Assembly: GCA_050633245.1 (NCBI GenBank)
Contig: JBOEGD010000022.1
Coordinates: 1-64,000 of the forward strand
DNA length: 64,000 bases
Reading direction: 5' to 3'
Source: Calditrichia bacterium
GTDB taxonomy: Bacteria; Calditrichota; Calditrichia; RBG-13-44-9; J075
A program made the position numbers and the translations under genes. How positions within the stretch are numbered: position 1 is the first letter of the stretch; every line of letters starts with the position of its first letter. The notes under the pieces were generated by a model, which saw nothing but the letters and a program-made list of their open reading frames with translations, was not told where the DNA came from and made no database searches. This document shows, in pieces, positions 38,371 through 48,478 of this stretch.

Positions 38371-39549
38371 CTATTTCAACAAAATAAACTTCTTCGTCTG
38401 CTGTATGTCGCCGCTGGTGAGTTTGTAGAAGTATGTACCGCTTTCCAGTTCTGAGGCGTCGTAGCGTAACTCGTGGTAGCCAGCGCTTCGGTTATCGTCC
38501 AGAATAACCTCGATTGATTGCCCAAGCATATTGAAAATCTCGACTCGCACGCTGCGCGTTTCCGGAAGCGTGAAGGCGATAGTTGTAGAAGGATTAAATG
38601 GGTTTGGATAATTTTGTTCAAGTTTAAACCCGGATGGAATAAGATTGGTCGGCAGAATTCCTACAGCCGGGCCCAAAGGCAGAATTTCTTCGACAATATC
38701 AAGCGCGAACCGAGTCGTATCAAATCCCCCAAGAACATACAAGCTGTTCTGATACGTCACATCCGTAATCCACTGGCGCCGTGCACTCATTGTAAACTGA
38801 TCATATTGCCAGTTGTCCAGTGTGGGATCATAAACCAGCAGGGCGTCACTGGGATTATCCGGATCTTCATCATTGCCGCCACCGACATAATAAATTCTAT
38901 TGTTTAAGACGGCGATAACGCCGGACAGAAGTTTTTGCGGCATTGTTGCCAGCGGTGTCCAGTTGTCTTGTGAAGGAGAATATCTTTGCAGAGTGCTATC
39001 ATTATAGCCGACGAGATAAATCTCATCCTGATAAACTGTAGAGCTGAGACCGAAGGTAGCAGTAGTTGAATTATTAGATTTGTCCTGCCAATTGTCTGTT
39101 GCCGGATTGTATTGGTAGACAAAACCGAAGGGGTGAAAGAGGTAAATTAAACTGTCAACAACCTCTGCTGTACATCCCCATGGGCGAAAGTTTGGGCTGG
39201 GGGAGAGATATGTCCAGGTGCCGGTTGGCAGGTGATACTTTCGGAGCAGCTCGCTGCCACCGGGCCACCCGCTCATCAAATAGACATCATCTCCCAACAC
39301 TACAGATTCCATATCCCAAACAGCTGCATCAGGAATAGTGTCATGCAGGGTCCATGAAACGCCGTCGAATTTATACACGTTGAGTGAGGCGAGACTGCCG
39401 TTAAAATCTTCGGCTCCACCAAAATAGTAAATAGAATCGTTCCACACTTCAGCGGTACCAGCCCCGAGGGCTACCGGTAGGTTCGGGGGCGTTTGAGCTG
39501 ATAGAATGGTCGAGCAAAGTATTGAAAAAAACAGGATGATTATTTTCAT
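38371..39549 (-). CDS. Secreted Kelch-repeat protein with a C-terminal sorting domain
   Basis: IYYFGG/IYYVGG/LYVLGG...Y.P....W repeats; QNYPNPFNPST. Confidence 0.88.
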   Translation of the reverse strand: MKIIILFFSILCSTILSAQTPPNLPVALGAGTAEVWNDSIYYFGGAEDFNGSLASLNVYKFDGVSWTLHDTIPDAAVWDMESVVLGDDVYLMSGWPGGSELLRKYHLPTGTWTYLSPSPNFRPWGCTAEVVDSLIYLFHPFGFVYQYNPATDNWQDKSNNSTTATFGLSSTVYQDEIYLVGYNDSTLQRYSPSQDNWTPLATMPQKLLSGVIAVLNNRIYYVGGGNDEDPDNPSDALLVYDPTLDNWQYDQFTMSARRQWITDVTYQNSLYVLGGFDTTRFALDIVEEILPLGPAVGILPTNLIPSGFKLEQNYPNPFNPSTTIAFTLPETRSVRVEIFNMLGQSIEVILDDNRSAGYHELRYDASELESGTYFYKLTSGDIQQTKKFILLK

Positions 39550-39648
39550 CTGACTTCCTCCGGAATTGCTTTCGTAGTTCTTATGTGGAAAGCTAATCAG
39601 ATAGAAAAAGGAGGACTAATACTGTAGCGACAGCTTTTGACACGGAAA

Positions 39649-39684
39649 AGCCATAGCGTCGCACAATTGTGCGGCGCTATGGCT
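39649..39684. terminator. Long hairpin downstream of the M23-like gene
   Basis: AGCCATAGCGTCGCACAA/TTGTGCGGCGCTATGGCT near-perfect palindrome. Confidence 0.55.
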
Positions 39685-39690
39685 GGCACA

Positions 39691-41946
39691 TTATTTCAAC
39701 AAAATAAACTTCTTCGTCTGTTCTACATCGCCACTGGTGAGCTTGTAGAAATACGTACCGCTTTTCAGATTTGAGGCGTCATAGTTCAGTTCGTAGAAGC
39801 CGGCATTACGTTTACCATCGAGAATAACGTCTAGCGATTGCCCCAGCGTGTTGAAAATTTCAATGCGCACTCTGCGTGATTCCGGCAGAGTAAATGCAAT
39901 TGTCGTGGATGGATTAAACGGGTTCGGATAGTTTTGCAATAGTTCCAGCGTTTGTGGCACAACTTCCCCGGGATCGACGCTGGTAACTATGCCATTATTG
40001 AAAGTAACGTCCATGCTGTCTGTAGTGGAATTGCCGTGTTGATCCAGCGCTTCAACATAGATGCGATAGTCACCGTCTACATGTGCAGCGGTGTTGAAAG
40101 CCAGATTCTCTTCTGAAAGTACGGCCAGGCTATCGCCATTGTTATTGGTCAGCAGATGATAGTAATTGCGCTGCTCATCGTTCCAGCTACTCGGCAACAG
40201 CATACCATCGCTCTTGTATATCAGCGGCGCATAAAGCGTGTAGTGCCCGGAATTATACTCCTCAAACTGATGGCTGAGGCGCTGTCCGAGCGTGCGTGGA
40301 TGAACCAATACACCGTCGGATATTTTTCGTACCCAGTAAAAAGTTTCATAAGCCGGTTGTTGCCAGGTTGACTGACCGATATAGTCTACAACCTTGCAAA
40401 TAATATCAATCTCGCCGGACAGATTGTTTGGTGATAGATAAGTGCTGGTTTCGTTTAGGCAGAAGGCAAACTTCTCGTTCGGAAAGACATCTTCCAACAC
40501 CGGGGCAATAATGTCTTCATTGGGACGCAGCACTTCCAGTGGGTTAAACGTAATTCCCCACTCGTTGTCCTCATATCGCCAGACCAAACCAGAGTCCTCA
40601 ATTTCCACAAAGTGAATATGTCCCCAGTCGGAAGTCCAGGCAATGATGTCACCGATATAGTCATGGACTTGAACCGTATCGCCAACGGCAACCATAATAC
40701 TATTTTCGATGAGATGCGCATATAGCCAGCCGCGCGAAAAGTCGGCAGTCTGTTCCTGACTGGTTGCTACACGCCAATAGGCGGCGCCACCAAGCGTGAG
40801 CACACATTTTACCAGACCGTTAGTTACGGCATAGGTTGGTTCTGCTATTGGAATAATCATATCCAGACCCTGGTGCATGTAGCGATTGGAACCGCCAAGA
40901 CCCATATGCTGCTCATAATAATTCCACACGGTGTGCATGCTGTCGAACGGCACGAATGGCCAGGGAATAGTTGTAGTTTCCTGCTTATTTTCCGTTTCAT
41001 TCTCAAATGTTTGAAAGCGTTTCTCCGCTCCATTGGCGGCAGTAGTTTTAACACCGCTCTCATTATAAAGCTGTATACTACCGCGTGAAAGACCTTCAGA
41101 GCGATCAAGATAATGAATACCGGTAACGAGTTGATCTTGCACAAAGCGTAGATCGCGGAAGGATTCTTTTCCTTGCAAGGATGATGTGAATATCTGCTGT
41201 TTCGAATTAAGATTGTAGACCTTCAGGTTCCGCTTGTCGATTATTGCCAGCGATTGTTGGTTAGCCGAGAGTGCAATTTTTCTTGGGTAGAGAAAATCGG
41301 TTTCGGTTGAAAACAGCTTATTTTTCTTTTCAAATACGCTGAGTTTTTTTCCGCGAGCAATGGCAACCATTTCGCCTGCGATAGCAAACTGATCTGCTGG
41401 TGGGTAAAGCGTGCGGCTTTTATTAAGTGGATTGATAACGTGCAGATTGCCATCGCCATTCACGCCGAAGCGCTGCCCGTCATCCGAGAAACCAAACAAA
41501 CTGGCGCGTTTAAAGCTTGTGCGGTGGAGCTTTTTTCCATCTTTGGTTGTAAAGCGAATTCCAACGCCGTTCGCATTATGAATTTCCACTTCCATTAGTG
41601 CGAGTATTCCACTATTTGAAACGTATAGATCGGCTGCATTCGGTTCATCTAAACTGTAAACCAACTGACCATTTTCAAATACTCGCAGGTTGCGTAGCTC
41701 TCGTCCGCCATGGCCGTCGCGCTGCATCAGCATATCGCTTGCAGGTAGGTCGTAGGTCAACCGGAAAACTCCGTTGGCAGACCATGCTTCATTGCCTGCG
41801 GCTTGTGCAAATGTGCCGTTTGGCTGAAGTGAGAGAGATTGAACCAGTGCTTCAGCAGAGTGCTCTTCTGCGATAGCCGTAAGCATTATGCTGCTCAAAA
41901 ATAGAAATGCGACGATGCGATAAAATGAGGTCATGCGATTCTCCAT
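39691..41946 (-). CDS. Secreted protein with an M23-like metallopeptidase domain and a C-terminal sorting domain
   Basis: HQGLD (HxxxD), YAHL, GHIHF (HxH); QNYPNPFNPST. Start uncertain. Confidence 0.75.
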   Translation of the reverse strand: MENRMTSFYRIVAFLFLSSIMLTAIAEEHSAEALVQSLSLQPNGTFAQAAGNEAWSANGVFRLTYDLPASDMLMQRDGHGGRELRNLRVFENGQLVYSLDEPNAADLYVSNSGILALMEVEIHNANGVGIRFTTKDGKKLHRTSFKRASLFGFSDDGQRFGVNGDGNLHVINPLNKSRTLYPPADQFAIAGEMVAIARGKKLSVFEKKNKLFSTETDFLYPRKIALSANQQSLAIIDKRNLKVYNLNSKQQIFTSSLQGKESFRDLRFVQDQLVTGIHYLDRSEGLSRGSIQLYNESGVKTTAANGAEKRFQTFENETENKQETTTIPWPFVPFDSMHTVWNYYEQHMGLGGSNRYMHQGLDMIIPIAEPTYAVTNGLVKCVLTLGGAAYWRVATSQEQTADFSRGWLYAHLIENSIMVAVGDTVQVHDYIGDIIAWTSDWGHIHFVEIEDSGLVWRYEDNEWGITFNPLEVLRPNEDIIAPVLEDVFPNEKFAFCLNETSTYLSPNNLSGEIDIICKVVDYIGQSTWQQPAYETFYWVRKISDGVLVHPRTLGQRLSHQFEEYNSGHYTLYAPLIYKSDGMLLPSSWNDEQRNYYHLLTNNNGDSLAVLSEENLAFNTAAHVDGDYRIYVEALDQHGNSTTDSMDVTFNNGIVTSVDPGEVVPQTLELLQNYPNPFNPSTTIAFTLPESRRVRIEIFNTLGQSLDVILDGKRNAGFYELNYDASNLKSGTYFYKLTSGDVEQTKKFILLK

Positions 41947-42014
41947 GCAAGTGTGATGCTGAAAACTAGGAAGTTGTCTATGCAGAAGCAATGGGGGAGA
42001 TTACAAAAATAGGG

Positions 42015-42075
42015 GGTAGGTCGTGGCTGCGCCACTTGTAGGATACTCACTGCGTTCGTTGGTAGGATGTAGATG
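42015..42075 (+). repeat. GTAG-hairpin array
   Basis: GTAGGTC GTGGC T GCCAC TT GTAGGAT ACTCAC TGC GTTCGT TG GTAGGAT GTAGATG. Confidence 0.7.
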
Positions 42076-42165
42076 GATGCAGGAGCTTTTATATCTGCTT
42101 TCATTAAAAAATGTCTTTATAAATTCTTAGTATGGTACTATAACGCTCTAATCTCGAAGACAATA

Positions 42166-43182
42166 CTAGAATGGCGGAGCAGATTCTGCACGGATGGCTC
42201 TAATATTAATTAGGTGTTTTTCTCCAAAAGGGGTTAACTTCCAATAAGTGTTTTGGTCGGAAACAGTCCTCTTTTTATTGCCATATGTTATCAAACCGAG
42301 CGCTTGGAGCTGAATCTTTATTGCATCAAATACAACATGATATATTACTATATCCTCATATTTATTAATTTTCTGTAACTCATGAGGAACTGTGTGCCAA
42401 TAGACCAATTGAACTTTTTCTCTAAACTGTTCTTCTGTACATTCACCCAACATGTCTGAGCCCACATAGGAAAATATATTGTTCCATGTGGCATTCAATT
42501 CTATTTCTACTACTTTCCCATTCTTATTAACTAACTCAGCATTTTGAGAAAGGGTTTCATTTCCTTTTGCTAAATATTCGAACTCAGAAGGAGGTTTAGT
42601 AATCGAAGAGTTTAATTCAGTTTCGAGCTCTACTATTTGTGATCTTAACTCCTCAAGTTTTCTAAACAACTTTTCATCTGCAGCATACTTGCCGGGTATC
42701 CAGCCATCTGCAGGATGCTTTTTTTTAAGTTGGACTAAACTTCGCGATACTTTTCCTCCAAGATCCTCTGCATTTTTCCAAAACTTACAATGTTTTTGCT
42801 GAGCTTTCTTCCTGAATAGCTCAAGCTTCTTAAGATTCACTTCGTTCTTTTCTAGTTTAGAACCAGTAAGTTGGTCTATATCATAATGAAGAAAGCATAA
42901 AATAGGCTTTTTAGTTTGCAGCGCATAATCAAACTCCATTTCTGTATAGCTAATTCCATCGGCGTTTTTACTACCATATTTACCGGAAATAATTAATAAA
43001 TAGTAATCTGAATTATCAATAACTTCCTTGATTAGAGTCCATGCATCTTCATCTGCTGCAGGAAACAACTCCATTCCTGCAGGAATGCAATCCAACTCCA
43101 ACAATGCATGAATAACATGTTGGCGTTCGTCTATTAGATCTCTATATGTAGATGAAACAAAAACTTGATGTTTTCTTTCCAT
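42166..43182 (-). CDS. DUF4062-domain protein
   Basis: QVFVSSTYRDLIDER, PAGMELFPA, SDYYLLIISGKYGS, SYTEMEFDYA; visibly AT-rich. Confidence 0.9.
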   Translation of the reverse strand: MERKHQVFVSSTYRDLIDERQHVIHALLELDCIPAGMELFPAADEDAWTLIKEVIDNSDYYLLIISGKYGSKNADGISYTEMEFDYALQTKKPILCFLHYDIDQLTGSKLEKNEVNLKKLELFRKKAQQKHCKFWKNAEDLGGKVSRSLVQLKKKHPADGWIPGKYAADEKLFRKLEELRSQIVELETELNSSITKPPSEFEYLAKGNETLSQNAELVNKNGKVVEIELNATWNNIFSYVGSDMLGECTEEQFREKVQLVYWHTVPHELQKINKYEDIVIYHVVFDAIKIQLQALGLITYGNKKRTVSDQNTYWKLTPFGEKHLINIRAIRAESAPPF

Positions 43183-43640
43183 GTTAATGTCCTATTAAGT
43201 TCAGGTATCGCTGTTAACATTAAACGCCTCATGTAACTGAAAGATATTGATATTTGGAATTTATGTTATATGTAAACATTCTGCTGAGATCACTATCATA
43301 AAAATGAAAACCTTATTCTTGAAGTGACATAATGATGTCTTCTAAATAGAAGTTCTGCTCGGAAATCCTTTATCTCGGTATTTTCCACTAAAATAAGTTC
43401 TGAGAGCTTGCCAACCAATAAAACCCTGATGATAATTAGTTGATTTTTACGGTTAAAAATATCAAGGTTAAATCGATGGTAGAGTGTGTTAATGTATTTA
43501 ACTACACTTTCCAAGTAGGCAGTGTACTACGAAGCCGATGTCTTTGTAATCTACATGCGCTCAGTCCTGTTTCGTTTTATTGTAAAGAGAACAACATTGT
43601 CTGCCTTGACGTTTGAAAAGACCGAAAGGTTGCCTTCCGT

Positions 43641-44126
43641 TCACTGTACCCGCTTTACAAAATCAAATGGAATACGCTGATCTCCGCCGAAAATGGCCGC
43701 GTTTATCTGATCACCATTGCGCATGTATTCAATCTTGGTTGGGAAGTCGTGCTCCGGGTTTTCGCAGGTAAAATTGTTTTCAGCGATTTTGGTTAGTTTG
43801 AAGACAACCGGCTTGGGGTTTCCAGCTCCAGCTACTTCCAATTGCCATGTATCCCCATGCTTTACCAACGACATATTTTCCTGAAACGTCGTGTCTTGCT
43901 GTTTTAGTGTAAAGCCATGTCCGGCGTATTCGGTATTGCTGGTTTTGGTCCACGTTTCATAGGTCTGCTTGCCTTCTTTGTCATTGCTGCGCTGCCATTC
44001 GCCGAGAAGCCAGTCGAAGTTTTCAGTCTTCGTAATGGGGGTCTTTTCTGGAACAGGTTCGCTTTGTTTATCTGTTTGGCAGGCGAAGGCTAAGGTCACA
44101 AATAGGATGAAGGAGATGATTTTCAT
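43641..44126 (-). CDS. DUF6265-like lipoprotein
   Basis: Start MKIISF, lipobox AFAC; DWLLGEW, ENPEHDFPTKIEY. Confidence 0.75.
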   Translation of the reverse strand: MKIISFILFVTLAFACQTDKQSEPVPEKTPITKTENFDWLLGEWQRSNDKEGKQTYETWTKTSNTEYAGHGFTLKQQDTTFQENMSLVKHGDTWQLEVAGAGNPKPVVFKLTKIAENNFTCENPEHDFPTKIEYMRNGDQINAAIFGGDQRIPFDFVKRVQ

Positions 44127-44407
44127 GGGGGATCTTTCTTGGTTGGGCTGGGTTTGATGCGCACAATTGTGCGCCTGTAAGTTTTTTTTCTTATAAAATA
44201 TAGCTGCGAATTTTGGAGATCGCAATGTAAAAGCGGGTCCGGCCAAAATGGCTTTCCAAGCGGCAAAATTGTCATAAAACCCGAATTTCTTTCCGAGGCT
44301 CTGCCAAACGTCGGCAGACAATCGGCAATTTTTTCAGCAGGTCGATTTTTTCAATAAAAACAACGTAAATCATTAATAAATAACGTTTTGCGCGTCGTGG
44401 TTTGCAG

Positions 44408-44424
44408 TTGGCATGTGGTTTGTC
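44408..44424 (+). promoter_or_regulatory. Putative sigma-54 -24/-12 promoter of the hsp20 pair
   Basis: TTGGCATGTGGTTTGT: GG-N10-GT instead of the canonical GC. Confidence 0.5.
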
Positions 44425-44518
44425 TTATAGCTGATCGAAGTTGAGATAGAAAAATTGACATGAAGCGAAGTTTTGAACATAAAAAAGCAACACAACTCTT
44501 AATTAAGGAGAATTTACT

Positions 44519-44941
44519 ATGAGTTATACCAATTATTACACACCGGTTGATTTGCAAAAAGAAGTTGATCGCATTTTTGGTGGTTTTATAAATCGCCGCG
44601 TTATCGATAGAATGGACAGTTTTACTCCGCGTATCGACGTCGCTGAAACTGATGCTGCCTTTATTCTGGAGGTGGAAGCTCCGGGACTCAGCAAAGAAGA
44701 CATCAACGTTGTGGTGGAAGAGGGTGTTCTAACGATTTCAGGTGAGCGCAAGAATAATGAAGACGTGAAATACCTGCAGCGCGAAAGCGGTTATGGCACA
44801 TTCAGTCGCGCCTTTAATGTTGGCGACCGCATCGAGGCTGAGAAAGTTACCGCCAGCTATAAAGATGGAGTTTTGACTCTGAACCTGCCGAAGGCAGAGA
44901 AGGTCAAGCCAAAGTCCATTAAAGTAAAAGCCGGCAAATAA
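44519..44941 (+). CDS. Small heat shock protein (Hsp20)
   Basis: PRIDVAET, EAPGL, LTISGER, YGTFSRAF, ASYKDGVLTLNLPK. Confidence 0.95.
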   Translation: MSYTNYYTPVDLQKEVDRIFGGFINRRVIDRMDSFTPRIDVAETDAAFILEVEAPGLSKEDINVVVEEGVLTISGERKNNEDVKYLQRESGYGTFSRAFNVGDRIEAEKVTASYKDGVLTLNLPKAEKVKPKSIKVKAGK

Positions 44942-44981
44942 AGAATTTCAAACAGGTATTTCTGAAAAGGAGGACAAGACC

Positions 44982-45425
44982 ATGAAAATGATAAAATGGC
45001 ATCCAAATAGACGCTTTTTAAATGTGAACAACGATATGCACAGTATGATGGACCGGTTTTTCTCGCCGGAGATTCACGGTAATGTGAGTCATCATCACTG
45101 GATTCCGCAACTGGACGTGTTAGAGAATGACAATGACTATCAGGTTGCTTTAGAGCTACCTGGTCTTGGCAAGGAAGACGTGTCAATTACGCTTGTGGAG
45201 AGCAAGTTGACCATTGAAGGTGAAAAGAAGCAGGTTGAGAAAACGGAAGATAAGCAACTGCATCGCGTAGAGCGTCGCTTCGGCAAGTTTCAGCGCCAAA
45301 TACAACTGCCTGATCTCGTTGATCAGGATAATATAGATGCGACCTTTAAAGATGGTATTCTTACCATCACGCTGCCGAAATCGGAGCAGGCTAAGCCGAA
45401 AACGATCAGCATAAAGGTTTCCTAG
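44982..45425 (+). CDS. Small heat shock protein (Hsp20)
   Basis: ELPGL, ERRFGKFQRQIQLP, ATFKDGILTITLPK. Confidence 0.95.
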   Translation: MKMIKWHPNRRFLNVNNDMHSMMDRFFSPEIHGNVSHHHWIPQLDVLENDNDYQVALELPGLGKEDVSITLVESKLTIEGEKKQVEKTEDKQLHRVERRFGKFQRQIQLPDLVDQDNIDATFKDGILTITLPKSEQAKPKTISIKVS

Positions 45426-45452
45426 TGAATCCCTGCTGGGTTGGGTAAACAC

Positions 45453-45487
45453 AAAGGGCGTCCCGATTTCTCGGGACGCCCTTTTTT
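45453..45487. terminator. Intrinsic terminator, probably bidirectional
   Basis: AAAGGGCGTCCCGA-tttc-TCGGGACGCCCTTTTTT. Confidence 0.85.
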
Positions 45488-45510
45488 ATGCACAAATAGA
45501 TGGGGATGAA

Positions 45511-46218
45511 TTAATCATCCCCACCACCAAATGCCATCAGAATATTCAGAATTGCCGTGAAAACATTAAATAAACCGGCAAAAAGCATAATAGCCCCGAT
45601 GATCGGACTGTCGATGCCTTCATCATATAGAATATCTGATGTGGCGTAAACCAGAATCATTACACCAAAGATACCGATCCCCGCACTGATGAGAATTCCC
45701 AGCATGCCGCCAGGCATCCACATATTTAGTACGACAGCCCCAATAAGGGCTATGAACATACCACCCATAAGGCCTTTTGGTGCAGAATAGCGTTTGCCGG
45801 ATGTCCAGATAATTGCCGTTACCGCTGTGAATATTAGAAGCGTCATTAAGCCGGCTTTTAGAACCAGGCTATAGTCGCCTGCCATAAGTGCGGCAATTGC
45901 AACTGCTGGCCCCAAAACAATTCCAGCTAAAAAGCCATCCAACAACAATAGTGGAAATCCCAATACGGGATTATGGCGAGCAGTAATTGCCAGATACGGC
46001 ACGGCATTGATAACTACCAAAGCCAATACCCATCCATACCATTTCGAAAATAAATTCAGAATAAACGGTGTTGTTGAACCGATATAGGCTCCAACACCCG
46101 CAGCTGCAACAGCCCAAAATAAATGTCCATATGTGGCCTTGACTAATGCGGCTCGTTCCGTGCTAAGCTCTGTTGTATGTTGCATGCGTTCGGCGACGCT
46201 TAGATCGCGATCTTCCAT
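45511..46218 (-). CDS. Bax inhibitor-1/YccA-family membrane protein
   Basis: About 7 TM helices; RAALVKATY at the N-terminus; LFNVFTAILNIL...GDD at the C-terminus. Confidence 0.8.
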   Translation of the reverse strand: MEDRDLSVAERMQHTTELSTERAALVKATYGHLFWAVAAAGVGAYIGSTTPFILNLFSKWYGWVLALVVINAVPYLAITARHNPVLGFPLLLLDGFLAGIVLGPAVAIAALMAGDYSLVLKAGLMTLLIFTAVTAIIWTSGKRYSAPKGLMGGMFIALIGAVVLNMWMPGGMLGILISAGIGIFGVMILVYATSDILYDEGIDSPIIGAIMLFAGLFNVFTAILNILMAFGGGDD

Positions 46219-46352
46219 CTCTCAAACTCCTCCTAAAAGTTGATGAATTTTAAAAAACTACGCTAATCGATTCTAAAATGCAAGACTGATTGCAACTGAA
46301 ACGTCTGATTTGTATGTTTAACCACTCACCCCAAAAAGCCAAAGGAATTGCC

Positions 46353-48362
46353 ATGAGTAGCAAACAATTTCGCACTACCTGCGTGATGGATTGTCCAGAT
46401 ACCTGTGCCTTGGATGTTACAGTCGATGACGGTAAAATTACCGCTATTCGCGGTGCTCGTGGACGACACCCGGATACTGCCGGTTTTATTTGCACCAAGG
46501 TTTCACGTTACCACAAGCGCATCTATCACCCCGACCGTTTGAAGTATCCAATGCGTAGAGTTGGTGAAAAGGGCCGTGGGGAATTTGAGCGGATTAGCTG
46601 GGATGACGCAATTTCGGAAATCACTGAACGCTTTCGCAAAATCAGTGCGCGTTGGGGCGGTGAAGCTATCTTTCCGTACCACTACGGTGGTTCAAATGGC
46701 CTGTTGGCAGATGAGTTCATGGACCATCTTTATTTTTCCAGACTGGGCGCATCCCGCTGTATGAAAACGCTATGCGCTGCACCTACAACTGCGGTTGCTT
46801 CCGGTATGTATGGAAAGATGCCGGGCGTAGCTTTTGAGGATTATCTGAAGGCGAAGTTCATTCTGGTCTGGGGAGCCAATCCGAAAGTTTCGAATATTCA
46901 CCTAATGCCTTATTTGCGAAAGGCAAAACGAGCCGGAGCATTTGTCGCCGTTGTCGATCCACGTCGCAATTTTAGTGAAGATGAAGTTGATATGCATTTG
47001 CCGGTGATGCCGGGTGGCGATTTACCGTTGGCTCTGGGAATGATTAATCATTGGCAGCGTAACCACAACTTGGATCATGATTTTCTAAAAAGTCATGCTG
47101 AGAATCTGGATGTGTTGCTGCGAGCAGCTTCCGATTGGCCAGTAGAACGAGCGGCGGCAAAAAGTGGTGTGTCTGAAGAGATGATTGCCGAACTGGCAGA
47201 TCGGTATGCAGAAGCCAGCCCGGCGGTGCTTCGTTGTGGTTGGGGGCTGGAGCGCAATAAAAATGGTGGACAGGCGGTGGCCGCAATTCTGGCAATGCCT
47301 TCATTGCTTGGAAAGTTCGGTGTGCGCGGTGGTGGCTATACCATGAGCAATGGCGGGGCCGTGTCATTCGATAAGTCGAAGGTCTTGGGTGAGCTGGACT
47401 GGAATACGCGTGAGATTAATCAGACGCGTTTGGGTGAAGCTCTTTTACCTGAATTGAAAACGCCGGTTAAGGCGTTGTTCGTTTATAACTGTAATCCGGT
47501 TGCTACCGTACCAGATCAGAATGCTGTTGTGCGTGGGCTCATGCGTCAGGATCTTTTTACGGTCGTTTTTGAGCAGGTAATGACCGATACCGCGCCATAT
47601 GCAGACATATTGCTGCCTGCGGTGACATTTTTAGAGCAGCATGAGTTGAAGAGAGGGTACGGCAGTTATACGATTGGTGGAATGCAGCTGGTGATTGATG
47701 CAGTTGGTGAGGCGAAACCAAATGAAGAGGTCTTTGCCATGTTGGGGCGTGCCATGGGGTGGAACGATGGAGCCTTTGCACTCGATACCAATGCGCTTAT
47801 GAAAAAATCTGCTGCCGCGCTAACACTGCCAGACGGTAGTTCCGGTAGCTCTGAATTACTTAGTGGTGGTTCGCAAGACGTTAAATTTGATGGCGAAAAT
47901 CCTATTCAATTTAAATCGGTTCTGCCACGCACAAAAAATGGCAAAGTGAATCTGGCTCCCGATGCTTTGGGGGATGCACCTTATCGTTTCGAAAGAATTG
48001 TCTCGGACGAATATCCGCTGGCATTGATTACACCTGGTAATGAAAAAATGATATCCAGCAGTTTCGGTGAATTCAACTATCCAGAACTTTGGATGACCAT
48101 GAACTCAGAGGATGCTGCTTCACGTAATTTAACAGATGGTGCCAGCGTTCGGGTGTTTAATGAACTTGGTGAAGTGGCTTGTAAGGTTAAAATAAAAAAT
48201 ACGGTTCGGCCGGGCGTTGTTAGCATGCCGAAAGGTGCCTGGAAAAAGAGCTCGTTAAATGGTAGTACATCGACTGCACTTTGCCCATCCGATACCAATG
48301 TTGTTGGCGGCGGTGCTTGTTATAATGATGCGCGTGTTGAGGTAGAGCTGTTAGAGAAATAG
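46353..48362 (+). CDS. Molybdopterin-dependent oxidoreductase
   Basis: CVMDCPDTC...C Fe-S motif, RLKYPMRR, ISWDDA, TDTAPYADILLPA, C-terminal molybdopterin-dinucleotide-binding domain. Confidence 0.93.
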   Translation: MSSKQFRTTCVMDCPDTCALDVTVDDGKITAIRGARGRHPDTAGFICTKVSRYHKRIYHPDRLKYPMRRVGEKGRGEFERISWDDAISEITERFRKISARWGGEAIFPYHYGGSNGLLADEFMDHLYFSRLGASRCMKTLCAAPTTAVASGMYGKMPGVAFEDYLKAKFILVWGANPKVSNIHLMPYLRKAKRAGAFVAVVDPRRNFSEDEVDMHLPVMPGGDLPLALGMINHWQRNHNLDHDFLKSHAENLDVLLRAASDWPVERAAAKSGVSEEMIAELADRYAEASPAVLRCGWGLERNKNGGQAVAAILAMPSLLGKFGVRGGGYTMSNGGAVSFDKSKVLGELDWNTREINQTRLGEALLPELKTPVKALFVYNCNPVATVPDQNAVVRGLMRQDLFTVVFEQVMTDTAPYADILLPAVTFLEQHELKRGYGSYTIGGMQLVIDAVGEAKPNEEVFAMLGRAMGWNDGAFALDTNALMKKSAAALTLPDGSSGSSELLSGGSQDVKFDGENPIQFKSVLPRTKNGKVNLAPDALGDAPYRFERIVSDEYPLALITPGNEKMISSSFGEFNYPELWMTMNSEDAASRNLTDGASVRVFNELGEVACKVKIKNTVRPGVVSMPKGAWKKSSLNGSTSTALCPSDTNVVGGGACYNDARVEVELLEK

Positions 48363-48379
48363 AGCGAGAAAAAAGTATA

Positions 48380-48412
48380 AAACCGGAGCCATTTTAAAAA
48401 TGGCTCCGGTTT
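48380..48412. terminator. Hairpin after the oxidoreductase gene
   Basis: AAACCGGAGCCATTTT-a-AAAATGGCTCCGGTTT. Confidence 0.65.
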
Positions 48413-48478
48413 GCAATTCTGATAATCAAATTGAGAATTTTTGAAAGGTTTCAAAATTGGGGTTGTTTTTTCTAATAA

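Noticed and set aside
42100-43230. DUF4062 as an integron cassette
   Set aside because: GTTAACA lies upstream, but I could not find an attC-like inverted repeat after the stop.
43296-43514. 72-aa ORF upstream of DUF4062
   Set aside because: TTG start, no clear SD, no recognisable motif; may be a decayed fragment.
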